A DNA stretch of 59,719 bases from Luteimonas sp. (GCA_051953015.1 JBQCJF010000001.1:1-59719); one strand, 5' to 3'; counted from the first letter of the stretch, positions 18,562-31,241 are shown. The notes: generated by a model from the letters alone, not told the origin. Program-made: numbers and translations.

Positions 18562-18587
18562 CGCAGCCTCCCCCCGGAGCTTCGCGA

Positions 18588-19051
18588 TCAGTGTTGCAGT
18601 CGCGCGACGATCTCGTCGGCGTGCTTCTCCATCAGGCCTTCGGTGGTGCCCCAGGCCGAGAGATTGGTCGTTTCGACCTCGAAGCTGCCGATCTGATTGC
18701 CGGCGTCGTCGAATACGTCGACCTCGCTGACGATCTTGTCGCGGCCGGCCATGATGCCGGCCCAGAAACGCGCGCCGTTGGAGCGGAGGTAGTAGTGGCG
18801 CAGGTCGACCTGAACGCGCCCGGACGACGGCCGCCCGATGCCCGCAATAATGCCCGCTCGCAGCAAGCGCGTCTGGATCAGGCGGTCGAGCCGGTCGATC
18901 CCTTCCAAATCGTCGCCGCCATGGTTCTCGAACGCGTAGGCGTAGGCATGAGCCGGCACCTGGCTGCCGGTGGCTGGCAGCGGCTGGTGGACGGTGCTGG
19001 TGGTGGAGCAAGCGGCAAGCACTAAACCAAGCAGCAAGACGGTGATTCGGA

Positions 19052-19055
<4 letters not shown>
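18588..19055 (-). CDS. Small lipoprotein (DUF4410-like)
   Basis: Lipobox LAAC; RSNGARFWAGIMAGRDKI motif. Start overlaps the TMEM175 stop by 4 bp. Confidence 0.65.
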
Positions 19056-19642
<587 letters not shown>

Positions 19643-19666
19643 TAGCCTTAGCTCGAATAGCCGTGG

Positions 19667-22024
19667 CTAGGAGAGAAATAAGGCCGCAGCTGCTTGAATT
19701 TGCCTCTTCACTGCTTCCGATTCACTCATCATCTTGAAATCGTCTGGCAGGAACTCTAGCGATTTAGCGACCTTTTGAAGCCAGAATTGAACTGCAGTGC
19801 GTTCGCTCTTCGTCAGATCATTGATTCGAGCCGAAACGAAGCCGAACATTCCTTCAAGCACGCGAACTGCGTAGGCTCTATGACTGGCATCGGCCAACAT
19901 CGAATCGATCTGCTGAACTCCAAAAACGATTCGATCGATATTCGAGACAGGCTGACCGGAGGGTTCGTTGATAGCGCGCATTAGAGCGATTCGGAACGCT
20001 TGAGTATCAATCTGGTAAGTTTGAAACCCAGACAACTTAGCCGCCTTCCGATAAGCCGTTTCAATGAATTGCTCGGCCGCATCCAGCCTGGGAAGCTCCG
20101 CCATGACAATCGCATACTGGAGCCAATACAGAGGCTCTTCGTTTACTCGTTCGTCATAGCGAAGCCGCTCGTATATTCCAATAATAATTGGGTTTGCATC
20201 GCCTTTTTCACCCAGCATCCGGTGCAGATTGCTATATGCCATCATATTCGACATCAGCACTCGATATGGGCGGTCACTGCGCCGAGCTGCCGCAGCCAAG
20301 GTGACTTCGACGATGGCATCGGAAATCTCGCTAACTTCGACAAACTCATTAACAACAAACGAAGAAAATATTGCCGATCGCGCCCGAAACCCATCAGCTG
20401 AGACCTCGAATATCTCGCTGGAAAGATTTTCCATTGGCTTTAACGCGGTAAATGGATCCTCCCCGACCACCGATCGAATAAATGCAGTGCTTACGGCTCC
20501 CTGATGAGCCGCGATGAGCATTGTCATGACCAAAACTCGCCGTGTCGTTCGATCTGCAAACAGAGGCGACAAAGCGCCGCGCACTCGCTCTTTGATCGCC
20601 TTGTTCTTAAATACGTCCAGCAAAATGTCTCGCAGGTCAGCGGAGGAACTGCGCTCCGGGGAGCTGAGACCGGCGCTATCGCAAAGTTGCCGGAACGCTG
20701 AATGCTCCGAACGAGACATACCATTCAAACTGATTCGGTCAAATGGCTTTGGCAGCAAGCTATTCAACTCGTGAAATCGAACTTCAAATGTGCCAGACCG
20801 AACCTCCACCACGATGCGCGCACCAGGCAGAGCCTCTCGTAGCCCCTTCAGGGAGTCTTGCGCCGCAGAATATTGATCGACAAAAACAACCAACTGCTCG
20901 ACATTGGTCAAAGCTGCAATTTCTTGCGCAATATCCGGATGCCCCGGCTTAAATAGGAAACACCTCCAGCCTCTCGCTGACAGCTCGAACGCCAGCAGAT
21001 GAAGGAAGATCGTTTTTCCATTCCCGAGCCTGCCATCTACAACTAATGCAGACTTCTGCTCTATGACGTCGGCTGCGGTTTGGACACGATCGCTACGCGC
21101 GATTGCATAGTCCTCCGCAGGCTGAGCGCGCGCCAGTCGCGCCGGATCGAAATTTCCGTAGACCAGAAGATCGTACACTTCAGTTGCGGTTGGTCGGGCG
21201 CTGGAGTGCTTATCCCTGGTCGGCGCCAACGAACGAAATGAGCGAAGATTTCCTATGCTCGGCGTTACGCCCGTTGGCGCTTTTGACACTACACCTGCAA
21301 AACCCTCAACTCCTATGAAAGCCGTTCGACCGTACTGATATGTACGCCGGAAAAAGATTGGGTCAGGAGTCGGCGGCTGGATAAATGTGGTGCGCCCTGA
21401 AAGCGAAGGGTCCGCCATTAAAAGTGCAGCGATGTGATAGTCAGCCAGACTATACCCAACTATATATATCGCTTTAGCAAACGCCATGTCTCGTTGAAAT
21501 TGATCATACCAAGGTGATCGAGTTACATATTGATTTACATATGATGCCTCCCCAAGAATGAGACTTTCGCGCAAATTTTCCGCTGTCACCAGCCTAATGC
21601 TGCCATGCAAGTGAATCACAGCCCCATGCGGCAGTTTATTTGGCACCGCTTCGGAAACATCGAAGGCACTGGGCGAGGCTTTTATCGAAAGGCGGTAGGA
21701 CTCGACCACATCGTCATAGTTGGTAGTGTAAATGCGACGCCACGACTTCCCCAAAATTGTCTTTTGCGCATCGCTTAGTTTGGTGACGCGAAATATTTTG
21801 TAGAGTTCGTCTCTCAGTTTCTGTGCATCCGCCTCAGCAAACTCTTCCGTCAAAATCTGGAGGTCATACGCCGTATCTTCTGGAAGGCCAAGCTGTTGGA
21901 TGAAATGGCGTTTCAGCCCAGACCCATTGGGAGGGCTTTTATGAGCAATATTCTCAGCCCCCATGCTAAAACCGGAGCCAAGAAAGAGAATGCTGGAACT
22001 GGGATCGAACCCATCAAAATTCAT
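19667..22024 (-). CDS. SIR2-like domain + P-loop (STAND-like) NTPase + helical C-terminus; putative antiphage protein resembling AVAST type V
   Basis: ILFLGSGFS, IYTTNYDD, IHLHGS, IVGYSLAD (SIR2_2); VVDGRLGNGKT (Walker A), VVFVD (Walker B); PLYWLQYAI and TYQIDT. Low GC. Start may be ATG 22024 or GTG 22039/22051. Confidence 0.82.
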   Translation of the reverse strand: MNFDGFDPSSSILFLGSGFSMGAENIAHKSPPNGSGLKRHFIQQLGLPEDTAYDLQILTEEFAEADAQKLRDELYKIFRVTKLSDAQKTILGKSWRRIYTTNYDDVVESYRLSIKASPSAFDVSEAVPNKLPHGAVIHLHGSIRLVTAENLRESLILGEASYVNQYVTRSPWYDQFQRDMAFAKAIYIVGYSLADYHIAALLMADPSLSGRTTFIQPPTPDPIFFRRTYQYGRTAFIGVEGFAGVVSKAPTGVTPSIGNLRSFRSLAPTRDKHSSARPTATEVYDLLVYGNFDPARLARAQPAEDYAIARSDRVQTAADVIEQKSALVVDGRLGNGKTIFLHLLAFELSARGWRCFLFKPGHPDIAQEIAALTNVEQLVVFVDQYSAAQDSLKGLREALPGARIVVEVRSGTFEVRFHELNSLLPKPFDRISLNGMSRSEHSAFRQLCDSAGLSSPERSSSADLRDILLDVFKNKAIKERVRGALSPLFADRTTRRVLVMTMLIAAHQGAVSTAFIRSVVGEDPFTALKPMENLSSEIFEVSADGFRARSAIFSSFVVNEFVEVSEISDAIVEVTLAAAARRSDRPYRVLMSNMMAYSNLHRMLGEKGDANPIIIGIYERLRYDERVNEEPLYWLQYAIVMAELPRLDAAEQFIETAYRKAAKLSGFQTYQIDTQAFRIALMRAINEPSGQPVSNIDRIVFGVQQIDSMLADASHRAYAVRVLEGMFGFVSARINDLTKSERTAVQFWLQKVAKSLEFLPDDFKMMSESEAVKRQIQAAAALFLS

Positions 22025-22118
22025 GGCGATATCTTCCACACTCCCTCCCACTAGCGTTCAAATTGCCATCGAAGGTCAGTAACCATGGTTGTCAATTCGG
22101 ATGGAAGCATCAAAAAGG

Positions 22119-23813
22119 TTATCTGTTGACCATCGGAAGTTGCAGTCCAGCTTTCTCCGCACATTCTTCCGCGATGCTGTACCCCGCATCCGCATGGCGC
22201 ATCACCCCGGTCCCCGGGTCATTCCACAGCACCCGCGCGATGCGGGCGTCGGCAGCCTCGCTGCCATCACACACGATTACCACGCCCGAGTGCTGCGAAT
22301 ACCCCATTCCCACGCCGCCTCCATGGTGTAACGAGACCCAGGTGGCGCCACCGGCCACGTTGAGCATAGCGTTGAGCAGCGGCCAGTCGCTAACGGCGTC
22401 GGAGCCGTCCTTCATCGCCTCGGTCTCGCGGTTCGGCGAGGCCACGGAGCCGGAGTCGAGGTGGTCGCGGCCGATCACGACCGGCGCCTTCAGCTCGCCG
22501 TTGCGGACCATCTCGTTGAAGGCCAGGCCGAGCTTGTGGCGCTGGCCCAGGCCGACCCAGCAGATGCGTGCCGGGAGCCCCTGGAACGAAATCCGCTCGC
22601 GCGCCATGTCCAGCCAGCGGTGCAGGTGCGGGTCGTCGGGGATCAATTCCTTGACCTTCGCGTCGGTCCTGTAGATGTCCTCGGGGTCGCCCGACAACGC
22701 CACCCAGCGGAACGGGCCGACGCCGCGGCAGAACAGCGGCCGCACGTAGGCGGGCACGAAGCCGGGGAAGTCGAACGCGTTCTTCAGGCCTTCGTCGAAG
22801 GCCATCTGGCGGATGTTGTTGCCGTAGTCGAAGGTCGGCACGCCCATCTGCTGGAACGCGAGCATCGCTTCGACGTGCACGCGCATGGACTTCTTGGCTT
22901 CGTCGCGCACGCGATCCGGGTTGGCTTGCTGCTCGGCCAGCCACTGCTCCACCGTCCAGCCGAGCGGCAGGTAGCCGTGCACGGGGTCGTGCGCGGAGGT
23001 CTGGTCGGTGACGGCATCCGGCCGCACGCCGCGGCGCACGAGCTCGGGCAGCACGTCGGCGGCGTTGCCGAGCAGCGCGATGGACTTCGCCTCGCCGGCC
23101 GCCGTGTACTTCGCGATGCGCGCCAAAGCATCATCGAGGTCGGTGGCTTGCTCGTCGACGTAGCGCGTCTTCAGCCGGAAGTCGATGCGCGACTGCTGGC
23201 ACTCGATGTTCAGCGAGCACGCGCCGGCCAGCGACGCGGCCAGCGGCTGCGCGCCGCCCATGCCGCCGAGGCCGGCCGTCAGGATCCAGCGCCCCTTCAA
23301 CTCCCCGCCGTAATGCTGCCGCCCCATCTCGACGAACGTCTCGTACGTGCCCTGCACGATGCCCTGCGAGCCGATGTAGATCCACGAGCCGGCCGTCATC
23401 TGGCCGTACATCATCAGGCCCTTGCGGTCGAGCTCGTTGAAGTGCTCCCAGGTCGCCCAGTGCGGCACCAGGTTGGAGTTGGCGATCAGGACGCGCGGCG
23501 CGTCGGCATGCGTCGGGAACACGCCGACCGGCTTGCCGGACTGCACCAGCAGCGTCTCGTTGTCGCCCAGCGTCTTGAGCGTGGCGATGATCGCGTCGTA
23601 GCACGCCCAGTTGCGCGCGGCGCGGCCGATGCCGCCATACACCACCAGCTCCGCGGGGTTCTCGGCGACTTCCGGGTCCAGGTTGTTCTGGAGCATGCGG
23701 AACGGGGCCTCGGTCAGCCACGACCGACAGCTGAGCTCGGTGCCGCGCGGGGCGCGGACGATGCGTGCGGGGTCGTTTCGGGACGGGTCCTTGCGGGAGG
23801 TGCTGGAAGACAT
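22119..23813 (-). CDS. hutU: Urocanate hydratase
   Basis: [60 protein letters not shown]. Start 23813. Confidence 0.97.
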   Translation of the reverse strand: MSSSTSRKDPSRNDPARIVRAPRGTELSCRSWLTEAPFRMLQNNLDPEVAENPAELVVYGGIGRAARNWACYDAIIATLKTLGDNETLLVQSGKPVGVFPTHADAPRVLIANSNLVPHWATWEHFNELDRKGLMMYGQMTAGSWIYIGSQGIVQGTYETFVEMGRQHYGGELKGRWILTAGLGGMGGAQPLAASLAGACSLNIECQQSRIDFRLKTRYVDEQATDLDDALARIAKYTAAGEAKSIALLGNAADVLPELVRRGVRPDAVTDQTSAHDPVHGYLPLGWTVEQWLAEQQANPDRVRDEAKKSMRVHVEAMLAFQQMGVPTFDYGNNIRQMAFDEGLKNAFDFPGFVPAYVRPLFCRGVGPFRWVALSGDPEDIYRTDAKVKELIPDDPHLHRWLDMARERISFQGLPARICWVGLGQRHKLGLAFNEMVRNGELKAPVVIGRDHLDSGSVASPNRETEAMKDGSDAVSDWPLLNAMLNVAGGATWVSLHHGGGVGMGYSQHSGVVIVCDGSEAADARIARVLWNDPGTGVMRHADAGYSIAEECAEKAGLQLPMVNR

Positions 23814-23880
23814 GGCGGGCCGGTGGAGTGCGTGAAGGCCGATTATGGCACCGGCCCGCGGCCTGCCCCGGCGGACCGGT

Positions 23881-23909
23881 TTCGTCGCCGGAATCGGGGG
23901 CTTCGTCGC
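23881..23909 (+). promoter_or_regulatory. Direct repeat TTCGTCGC with 21-bp period (LytTR-type binding site candidate)
   Basis: Copies at 23881-23888 and 23902-23909, upstream of the ABC ATPase gene. Confidence 0.5.
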
Positions 23910-23996
23910 AAATCCATGGGGCACCCTGACTTTCCGCCGGGGCCAGCCGCGGGCGCCGCACGCTATCAATGTCCCATCCACGCCGGGGAAACACTC

Positions 23997-24868
<872 letters not shown>

Positions 24869-24872
<4 letters not shown>

Positions 24873-27800
24873 GGCTGAAGGAGACGTTCGCCTTCGCCTT
24901 CGGCTACCAGGCGAAGCAGGCCTGGCCGTGGATCTGCTTCGTCGCGCTGGCGGCGATCACCTGGCAGCTCGGCGGCCAGATGCAGGGCCACGCCGCGCTC
25001 GAGCACGGCTACTGGTTCAACTCGCCGTACGTGGTGGCCAACGTCACCCAGGTGATGGCCATGCTGTGGCTGCCGATGGCGGCCGCGCTCACCGGCAGCA
25101 TCGTCGCGCGCGATTTCCAGTCGCGCGCCTTCGCCCTCGCCTGCGCGACGCCGGTCGGGCGCTTCGATTACCTGGCCGGGCATTTCCTCGCCGCGTTCGC
25201 GCTGAACGCGATCCTCGCGCTGGCGCTGCCGCTCGGCCTGCTGCTGTGCCTGCCGCTGCCGTGGCTGCAGCCGGTGATGGGCCCGTTCCGCATCGAGGCC
25301 TATCTCGCGCCCTACCTGCTGCTGTCGCTGCCGAACGCCTTCGTGGTCACGGCGATGTCGTTCGCGCTGGTGGCGTGGCGGCGCAAGGCGTCGGCGGCGT
25401 ATCCGGCGGTGGGGCTGGTGCTGTTCCTCGGCCTGTTCGGCTCGCAGTACATCGCGCGCACGCTGGGCTACTGGGACACGGCGACGCTGTTCGACCCGAT
25501 GGCGCTGACGATCGTCAGCAAGAGCTCCACGGCGTGGACCGACGCCGAGAAGAGCGTGCGGATCCTCGGCCTCGACGGCGTGACGTTCGCCAACCGCGCC
25601 ATCTGGATCGGCGTGGCGCTGGCGCTGCTCGCGCTCACCTTCCGCCGCTTCCGCCTGGCCCAGCCCGACGGCGGCGCCAGGCGCGGCAGACGCCGCGCAC
25701 CCCTCGCGATCGATGCGCCGGCGGCAGTGCCCGTGATGCCCCGGCGCATCGACGTGGCGTTCGGCCCGGCCACGCGACTGCGCCAGCTCGCCGCGCTGTC
25801 GGCCGACGCCTTCCGCCAGGCCGCGACCGGCTGGCCCGGCATCGTGCTGCTGCTCCTGGTCGCGGTCTTCGGCCTCGCCACGCCGGAGCTGATGGAAAGC
25901 GTCGGCATGCCGATCTGGCCGACCACCGGCACGATGGTCGAGCTGATGGCGCATTCGGAAGCCTTCTTCGTGCTGGTGCTGCCGCTCGTGCTGATGCTGG
26001 CCGCTGGCGAGCTCGCCTGGCGCGACCGCGACGCCGGCATCGCCGCGATCGCGGACGCCGCGCCGGTTCCGGACTGGATGCGCTTCTGCGGGCGCCTGGG
26101 CGGGCTCGCGCTGTTGGTACTCGCGCTGCAGCTGTTGCGGATCGCGGTGGCGATGGTGGTGCAGGCCTCGCTGGACTTCACCGCGTTCGATCCGATGCTC
26201 TACGCCCAGGCGCTGCTCGGCCTGCAGGCGGTCGACTGGCTGCTGCTCGTCGTGCTGGCGATGACGCTGCACGCGATCGTCGATCACCGGCACCTCGCGC
26301 AGCTGCTGGTCATCGCGGCGTTCCTCGGCATCGTCGGCGCGTCCGCGCTCGGCGTCGACGACCGCCTGTTCGTGTACGGCAGCGATACCGGCTGGACCTA
26401 CAGCGACATGCGCGGCTTCGCCTGGGACCTCGTCCCGTGGGCCTGGTTCAAGGCGTACTGGGCCGGCTGGGCGGCGATGCTCGCGGTGCTGGCGATCCTG
26501 CTGCTGCCGCGCGGCTCGGGTTCGGGCCTGCGCGCGCGCTGGCGCGAGCTGCGCCTGCGGATGTCGCGCCCGCTGCTGGGCACCGCCGTCGCGGGGCTGG
26601 TGCTCGCGCTCGGCGCCGGCGGCGTCATCTTCCACGACACGCACGTGCTGCATCCGTTCGTCGACCGCGTCGAGGCCAAGGCGCGCGCCGCGCGCTACGA
26701 GAAGCTCTACGGCCAGTACGCCGACGCGCCGAAGCCGGTGCTCACCGACCTGCGCCTGCGCGTCGACCTGCACCCGGAGACCGGCACCGCGACCGTCGCC
26801 GGCACCTACCGCCTCGTCAACCAGTCGACGCAGCCGATCGCAACGCTCCACGTCGCCACCTCGCACGACGTGCGCATGCGCCTGCTGCAACCCGACCGGC
26901 CCGCGCGCCACGCGATCGCCGACGAAGACCTCGGCCAGCATGCCTTCATGCTCGCGCGGCCGCTGCAGCCGGGCGAGGCGATGCAGCTGCGCTTCGAGGT
27001 CGCGTTCGGTGGCGACGGCTTCACCCGGCACGGCATCGACCCGGCGATCGCCGCGAACGGCAGCCGCTTCCTGGCGGAGGACTGGCTGCCGCTGATCGGC
27101 TACCAGGCCTCGCGCGAACTCAACAACGCCGCCGACCGCCGCGAATTCGGCCTTGCGGCGCGGCCGGAAGTGCCGCTGCTCGACGACCCGAAGATCCCGT
27201 ACACGGCAACGCGCGGCCAGCGCGTCTCGGTCGACACGGTGATCTCCACCGCCCCGGGCCAGACCGCGATCGCACCAGGCCTGCTGCGCAAGGCCTGGAC
27301 CGAGGACGGACGGCCGCACTTCCGCTACGTGACGGAAGCGCCGATCCGCGGCGGCGACCTCGGCTTCTACTCCGCGCGTTACGCCGTGCGCCGGGCGCAG
27401 TGGCGCGACGTCGCCATCGAGGTCTACCACGATCCCGCGCAGGCCTGGAACGCGGAGCGCTTCGTGCGCGGCGCCACCGCGACGCTCGCGGCGATGAGCC
27501 GCGACTTCGGCCCCTACCCGCTGCGCCACCTGCGCTTCACCGAGCGGCCCGGCCCCGGCGGCCTGCACTCGGCGCCGGGCGACATCTCGTTCCAGGAAGG
27601 TTTCGCCCGCGCGCATCCCGAAGCCGACTGGCGCGACATCGATTTCGCGTTCGGCGTGGTCGCGCACGAGGTCGCGCACCAGTGGTGGGGCGGCGTGCTG
27701 ACCTCCGCGCCGGTGGAAGGCGCGCCCCTGCTGAGCGAGAGCCTGGCGTGGTACTCGGCGCTGACGACGATGCGCGAGACCTTCGGCGAGGCGCACCTGC

Positions 27801-28453
27801 AGCGCATGCTCGCGGTGCTGCGCGAGTCCTACCTGACGCCGCGCGCGCAGGCCGGCAAGTCGCTGCTGCACGCCACCGACTGGGACGAGGCCTACCGCCG
27901 CGGCCCGTTCGCGATGTACGCGCTGGACGCGTACCTCGGCACCGAACGCATGAACGCCGGCCTGCGCAACCTGGTGCGCGCGCATGCCGACGCGAAGCCG
28001 CCGCTCGCGACCGCGCGCGACCTGTACCGCGCGCTGCAGGCCGTCACGCCGCCCGACCGGCAATGGCTGCTGCACGACCTGCTCGCCGCGAACACGTTCT
28101 GGGACCTCAAGACGACGACGGCTACGGTCCGTCCGATGGGCAGCGGACAATGGGAAGTCGCGATGGACGTGCAGGCGCGCAAGGTCACCGTCGACGAGCT
28201 CGGCGCGGAGACCGAAGTGCCGATGCACGACGCGGTCGAGATCGGCGTGCTCGGCGCAGGGAAGGACGACCAGCCCGGCCCCACCCTGTATCGCCGCATG
28301 CATCCCATCCATTCCGGCAGGCAGCGCATCGTGGTCCGCGTGCCGTCGCTGCCCGCCGAGGCCGGCATCGATCCGCGCCACCTGCTGCTGGACGTGCGGC
28401 CGGACAACAACCTGCTGCCGGTCTGCACCGAGGGCGATTGCGCTTTGCGTTGA
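24869..28453 (+). CDS. Double ABC-2 permease fused to M1-family zinc aminopeptidase
   Basis: ATGA overlap with the ATPase gene; two multi-TM halves; C-terminal HEVAHQWWG...LSESLA (HExxH-18-E) and AYRRG. Confidence 0.87.
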
Positions 28454-28490
28454 AAAGTACTTGACGCACGCCCGCGGTGGGCCTATACCT
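28443..28490 (+). promoter_or_regulatory. Sigma70-like promoter (TTGACG-N17-TATACC) with upstream imperfect palindrome CTTTGCGTTGAAAAG (candidate operator)
   Basis: TTGACG 28461-28466, TATACC 28484-28489, ATG 28498; CTTT/AAAG arms at 28443-28457. Confidence 0.5.
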
Positions 28491-28497
28491 GCGCTCC

Positions 28498-29109
28498 ATG
28501 AGCAGACCCCTCCGCGTGGACCGTCCCGACACCCCCGTCTCGCTGCACGAACGCGCGATGGAGGACCTCCGCTTCATCCGCCGCACGATGGAGCGTTCCG
28601 GCTCCTTCACCGCGGTGCCCGGCTGGGGCGGCGTCGCGATCGGCGCCGTCGCCCTGCCCGCCGCGTGGATCGCATTGTTGCAGCCGACGCCGGGGCGCTG
28701 GCTCGCGGTCTGGATGGCGACCGCGGCCGTCGCTGCGGTCATCGCCGCGGTCACGCTGTCGCTGAAGGCGAAGCGCTTCGGCGCGCCGCTCGCCACCGGG
28801 CCCGGTCGCAAGTTCCTCATGAGCTTCCTGCCGCCGGTGGGCGTCGCCGTCGCGCTGACGTTCGCGTTGTTCCCGCACGGCGCGACGTCTTTCCTGCCCG
28901 GCCTGTGGATGCTCGCGTACGGCGCGGCCGTCATTTCCGCCGGCACGTTCTCGGTCGGCGCGGTGCCGCTGATGGGCATCGGCTTCATGTGGCTCGGCAC
29001 GCTCGCGCTGGCGACGACGCCGGCGTGGGCGGATGCGTGGATGGCGGCGGGCTTCGGCGGGCTGCACATCGGCTTCGGCTACGTCATCGCGAGGCGCCAC
29101 GGTGGCTAG
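28498..29109 (+). CDS. Integral membrane protein
   Basis: DLRFIRRTMERS..FTAVPGWGG and FGGLHIGFG; about 6 TM segments; overlaps the wHTH gene. Confidence 0.75.
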   Translation: MSRPLRVDRPDTPVSLHERAMEDLRFIRRTMERSGSFTAVPGWGGVAIGAVALPAAWIALLQPTPGRWLAVWMATAAVAAVIAAVTLSLKAKRFGAPLATGPGRKFLMSFLPPVGVAVALTFALFPHGATSFLPGLWMLAYGAAVISAGTFSVGAVPLMGIGFMWLGTLALATTPAWADAWMAAGFGGLHIGFGYVIARRHGG

Positions 29110-29527
29110 GCCCGCGAAGCAAACCGCGGCAGCGCGCGCGCCGACCGCGACGAACGCGGAGGGCGGCGCGGCCATGCCCGCGAAGCGCCGCGCGGCCGCC
29201 GCCGCGACCGCGGCACGCAACGACGCGCAGTCGGCCGTCGACCTCGACCGCGTCATCCACGAGCGCGTGCGCCTGGCCATCGTCAGCGCCCTCGCCGGCG
29301 CGCCGGCGCTCACCTTCAACGAACTCAAGGCGCTGCTCGAGATCACCGACGGCAACCTGAGCGTGCACGCGCGCAAGCTCGAGGAAGCCGGCTTCGTCGC
29401 CTGCGACAAGACCTTCGTCGACCGCGTGCCGCGCACCGAGTACCGGCTCACCGCCGCGGGCCGCAAGGCGCTCGACGCCTACCTGCAACACATGGAAGCG
29501 CTGATCCAGCGCGTCCGCGAAAGCTGA
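29102..29527 (+). CDS. Winged-helix transcriptional regulator (HTH_34/MarR-ArsR-like)
   Basis: LDRVIHERVRLAIVSAL...TDGNLSVHARKLEEAG...PRTEYRLT. Start GTG 29102 or ATG 29174. Confidence 0.88.
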   Translation: MARPAKQTAAARAPTATNAEGGAAMPAKRRAAAAATAARNDAQSAVDLDRVIHERVRLAIVSALAGAPALTFNELKALLEITDGNLSVHARKLEEAGFVACDKTFVDRVPRTEYRLTAAGRKALDAYLQHMEALIQRVRES

Positions 29528-29537
29528 GGACCCCCGC

Positions 29538-30008
29538 ATGTTCACCCGTCTCTCCAGGCGCACCCTCGTCGCCCTCGCCGTCGGTGCCACCTGGTTCGCC
29601 GGCTGGTTCTTCGTCGGCGGCCTGCTCGAATTGACCGAGCCCGACCCGAACTTCATCGACGTGTGGCCGATGACGCTCGGCTTGCCGGCCTTCTTCGCCG
29701 GCGTGGTGTTCGCGATCGTGTTCGGCATCGCCGAGCGCGGCGGCGTCCTGCACCGGCTGTCGCTGGCGCGCATGGCCGGGCTCGGCGCGGGCAGCGGGCT
29801 GCTCGCGGGCACGCTCGCGCTCGGCGTGCTGTCGCTGATCGCGACGCCCACCGATCCGTCGGCGGTGCGCACCGAATCGGCGGTCATCCTCGCCGCGATG
29901 ACGGTGATGAGCCTGCTGTCGGCGCCCGCATCGCTGCTGCTCGCGCGCACGTTGAAGCCCTGGGGCGGGCTGCTGCGCGCGCAGATGTCGATCCTGCTGC
30001 CGCGATGA
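29538..30008 (+). CDS. Hypothetical membrane protein
   Basis: GAGGA RBS; four hydrophobic segments. Confidence 0.7.
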   Translation: MFTRLSRRTLVALAVGATWFAGWFFVGGLLELTEPDPNFIDVWPMTLGLPAFFAGVVFAIVFGIAERGGVLHRLSLARMAGLGAGSGLLAGTLALGVLSLIATPTDPSAVRTESAVILAAMTVMSLLSAPASLLLARTLKPWGGLLRAQMSILLPR

Positions 30009-30373
30009 ACGGCGCCGACATGGACACGCCGCTCGCCTCCGACTTCCGCACCGCGCTCAGCGCCGCGATCGCGTACTGGGAACCGCGCCGCCTGCTCTAC
30101 AACGGCTGGCTGCTCGCCGTGGTGGTCGCGACCTGGTGCCTGGATTCGCCGCGCGCGCCGCAGAGCCCGCCCTTCGAGCTCGCGCAACAACTGTTCCTGC
30201 TCGCGGTGCTGGCGAACGTCGCGTTCTGCGCGGCCTACCCCGTCGACGTGCTGGCGCAGCTGTCGGACTTCCGCGCCCGCTGGCTGCGCGTGCGCTGGGG
30301 ACTGCTCACTGTCGGCCTGCTGTTCGCGGCGGTGCCGGCGCACTTCATTTCCCGCGGCCTGTTCGGAGGCTGA
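30005..30373 (+). CDS. Hypothetical membrane protein
   Basis: ATGA overlap; IAYWEPRRLLYN...LANVAFCAAYPVD; three TM segments. Confidence 0.7.
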   Translation: MNGADMDTPLASDFRTALSAAIAYWEPRRLLYNGWLLAVVVATWCLDSPRAPQSPPFELAQQLFLLAVLANVAFCAAYPVDVLAQLSDFRARWLRVRWGLLTVGLLFAAVPAHFISRGLFGG

Positions 30374-30488
30374 CCAGGGCCGACCGCCCGTCGGCACCGT
30401 GCCGAAAGGCCCTGTCCCGGGCCTGCGCGAATCCTGCGATCATGGCCGCCCGGCAGCGCCCGCTGCCGCCCACGCCAGGAGTGCCGCC

Positions 30489-31241
30489 ATGAAGAAGTGG
30501 ATGCTTGCCCTCGCCGTCGGCCTCGCGATGTCGGCTCCGGCCGCCGCGCAGGACGCCGCGGCCGCCGCGCCCGCCGCGCTGCCCGCTAACATCGCCGCCG
30601 CCGGCGCCTCTCCGGCGCGCGCGGACGACGCGCAGAACGACGCGCGCCGCCACGGCGGCGACATCGTCGCCTTCGCCGGCGTGAAGCCCGGCGACACCGT
30701 GATCGAGCTGATCCCGGGCGGCGGCTATTTCACCCGCCTCTTCAGCAAGGCGGTCGGCGACGACGGCAAGGTCTATGCCGTGTGGCCGACCGAATACGAC
30801 GAGAGCACGGACAAGCTGCAGGCGATCGCCGACGCCTACGGCAACATCGAGATCCTCAAGCAGTCCGCCGCGGCGTTGTCGGCGCCGGCCCAGGCCGACG
30901 TCGTGTTCACCTCGCAGAACTACCACGACTATCCGGACAAGTTCATGGGCCCGGTCGACCTGGCGACGTTCGACAAGCAGGTCTTCGACGCGCTGAAGCC
31001 GGGCGGCGTGTTCGTCGTGGTCGACCATGCGGCCGAAACGGGCTCGGGCCTGCGCGACACCGAGACCCTGCACCGCATCGATCCGGAGATCGTCAAGCAG
31101 CAGGTCGAGGCCGCCGGCTTCGAGTTCGTGGGCGAGAGCGAGGTGCTGCGCAATCCGGCCGACGACCACACGCTCAAGGTGTTCGACAAGACGATCCGCG
31201 GCCGCACCGACCAGTTCGTCTACAAGTTCCGCAAGCCCTGA
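30489..31241 (+). CDS. Secreted SAM-dependent methyltransferase-like protein (COG4798-type)
   Basis: AGGAG RBS; signal peptide; GVKPGDTVIELIPGGGYFT, NYHD, LKPGG..VVVDH, HRID, RNPADD. Confidence 0.82.
   Translation: MKKWMLALAVGLAMSAPAAAQDAAAAAPAALPANIAAAGASPARADDAQNDARRHGGDIVAFAGVKPGDTVIELIPGGGYFTRLFSKAVGDDGKVYAVWPTEYDESTDKLQAIADAYGNIEILKQSAAALSAPAQADVVFTSQNYHDYPDKFMGPVDLATFDKQVFDALKPGGVFVVVDHAAETGSGLRDTETLHRIDPEIVKQQVEAAGFEFVGESEVLRNPADDHTLKVFDKTIRGRTDQFVYKFRKP

Noticed and set aside
19775-21318. Short plus-strand ORFs inside the low-GC island
   Set aside because: Antisense to the intact SIR2-NTPase gene, with no RBS or domain evidence.
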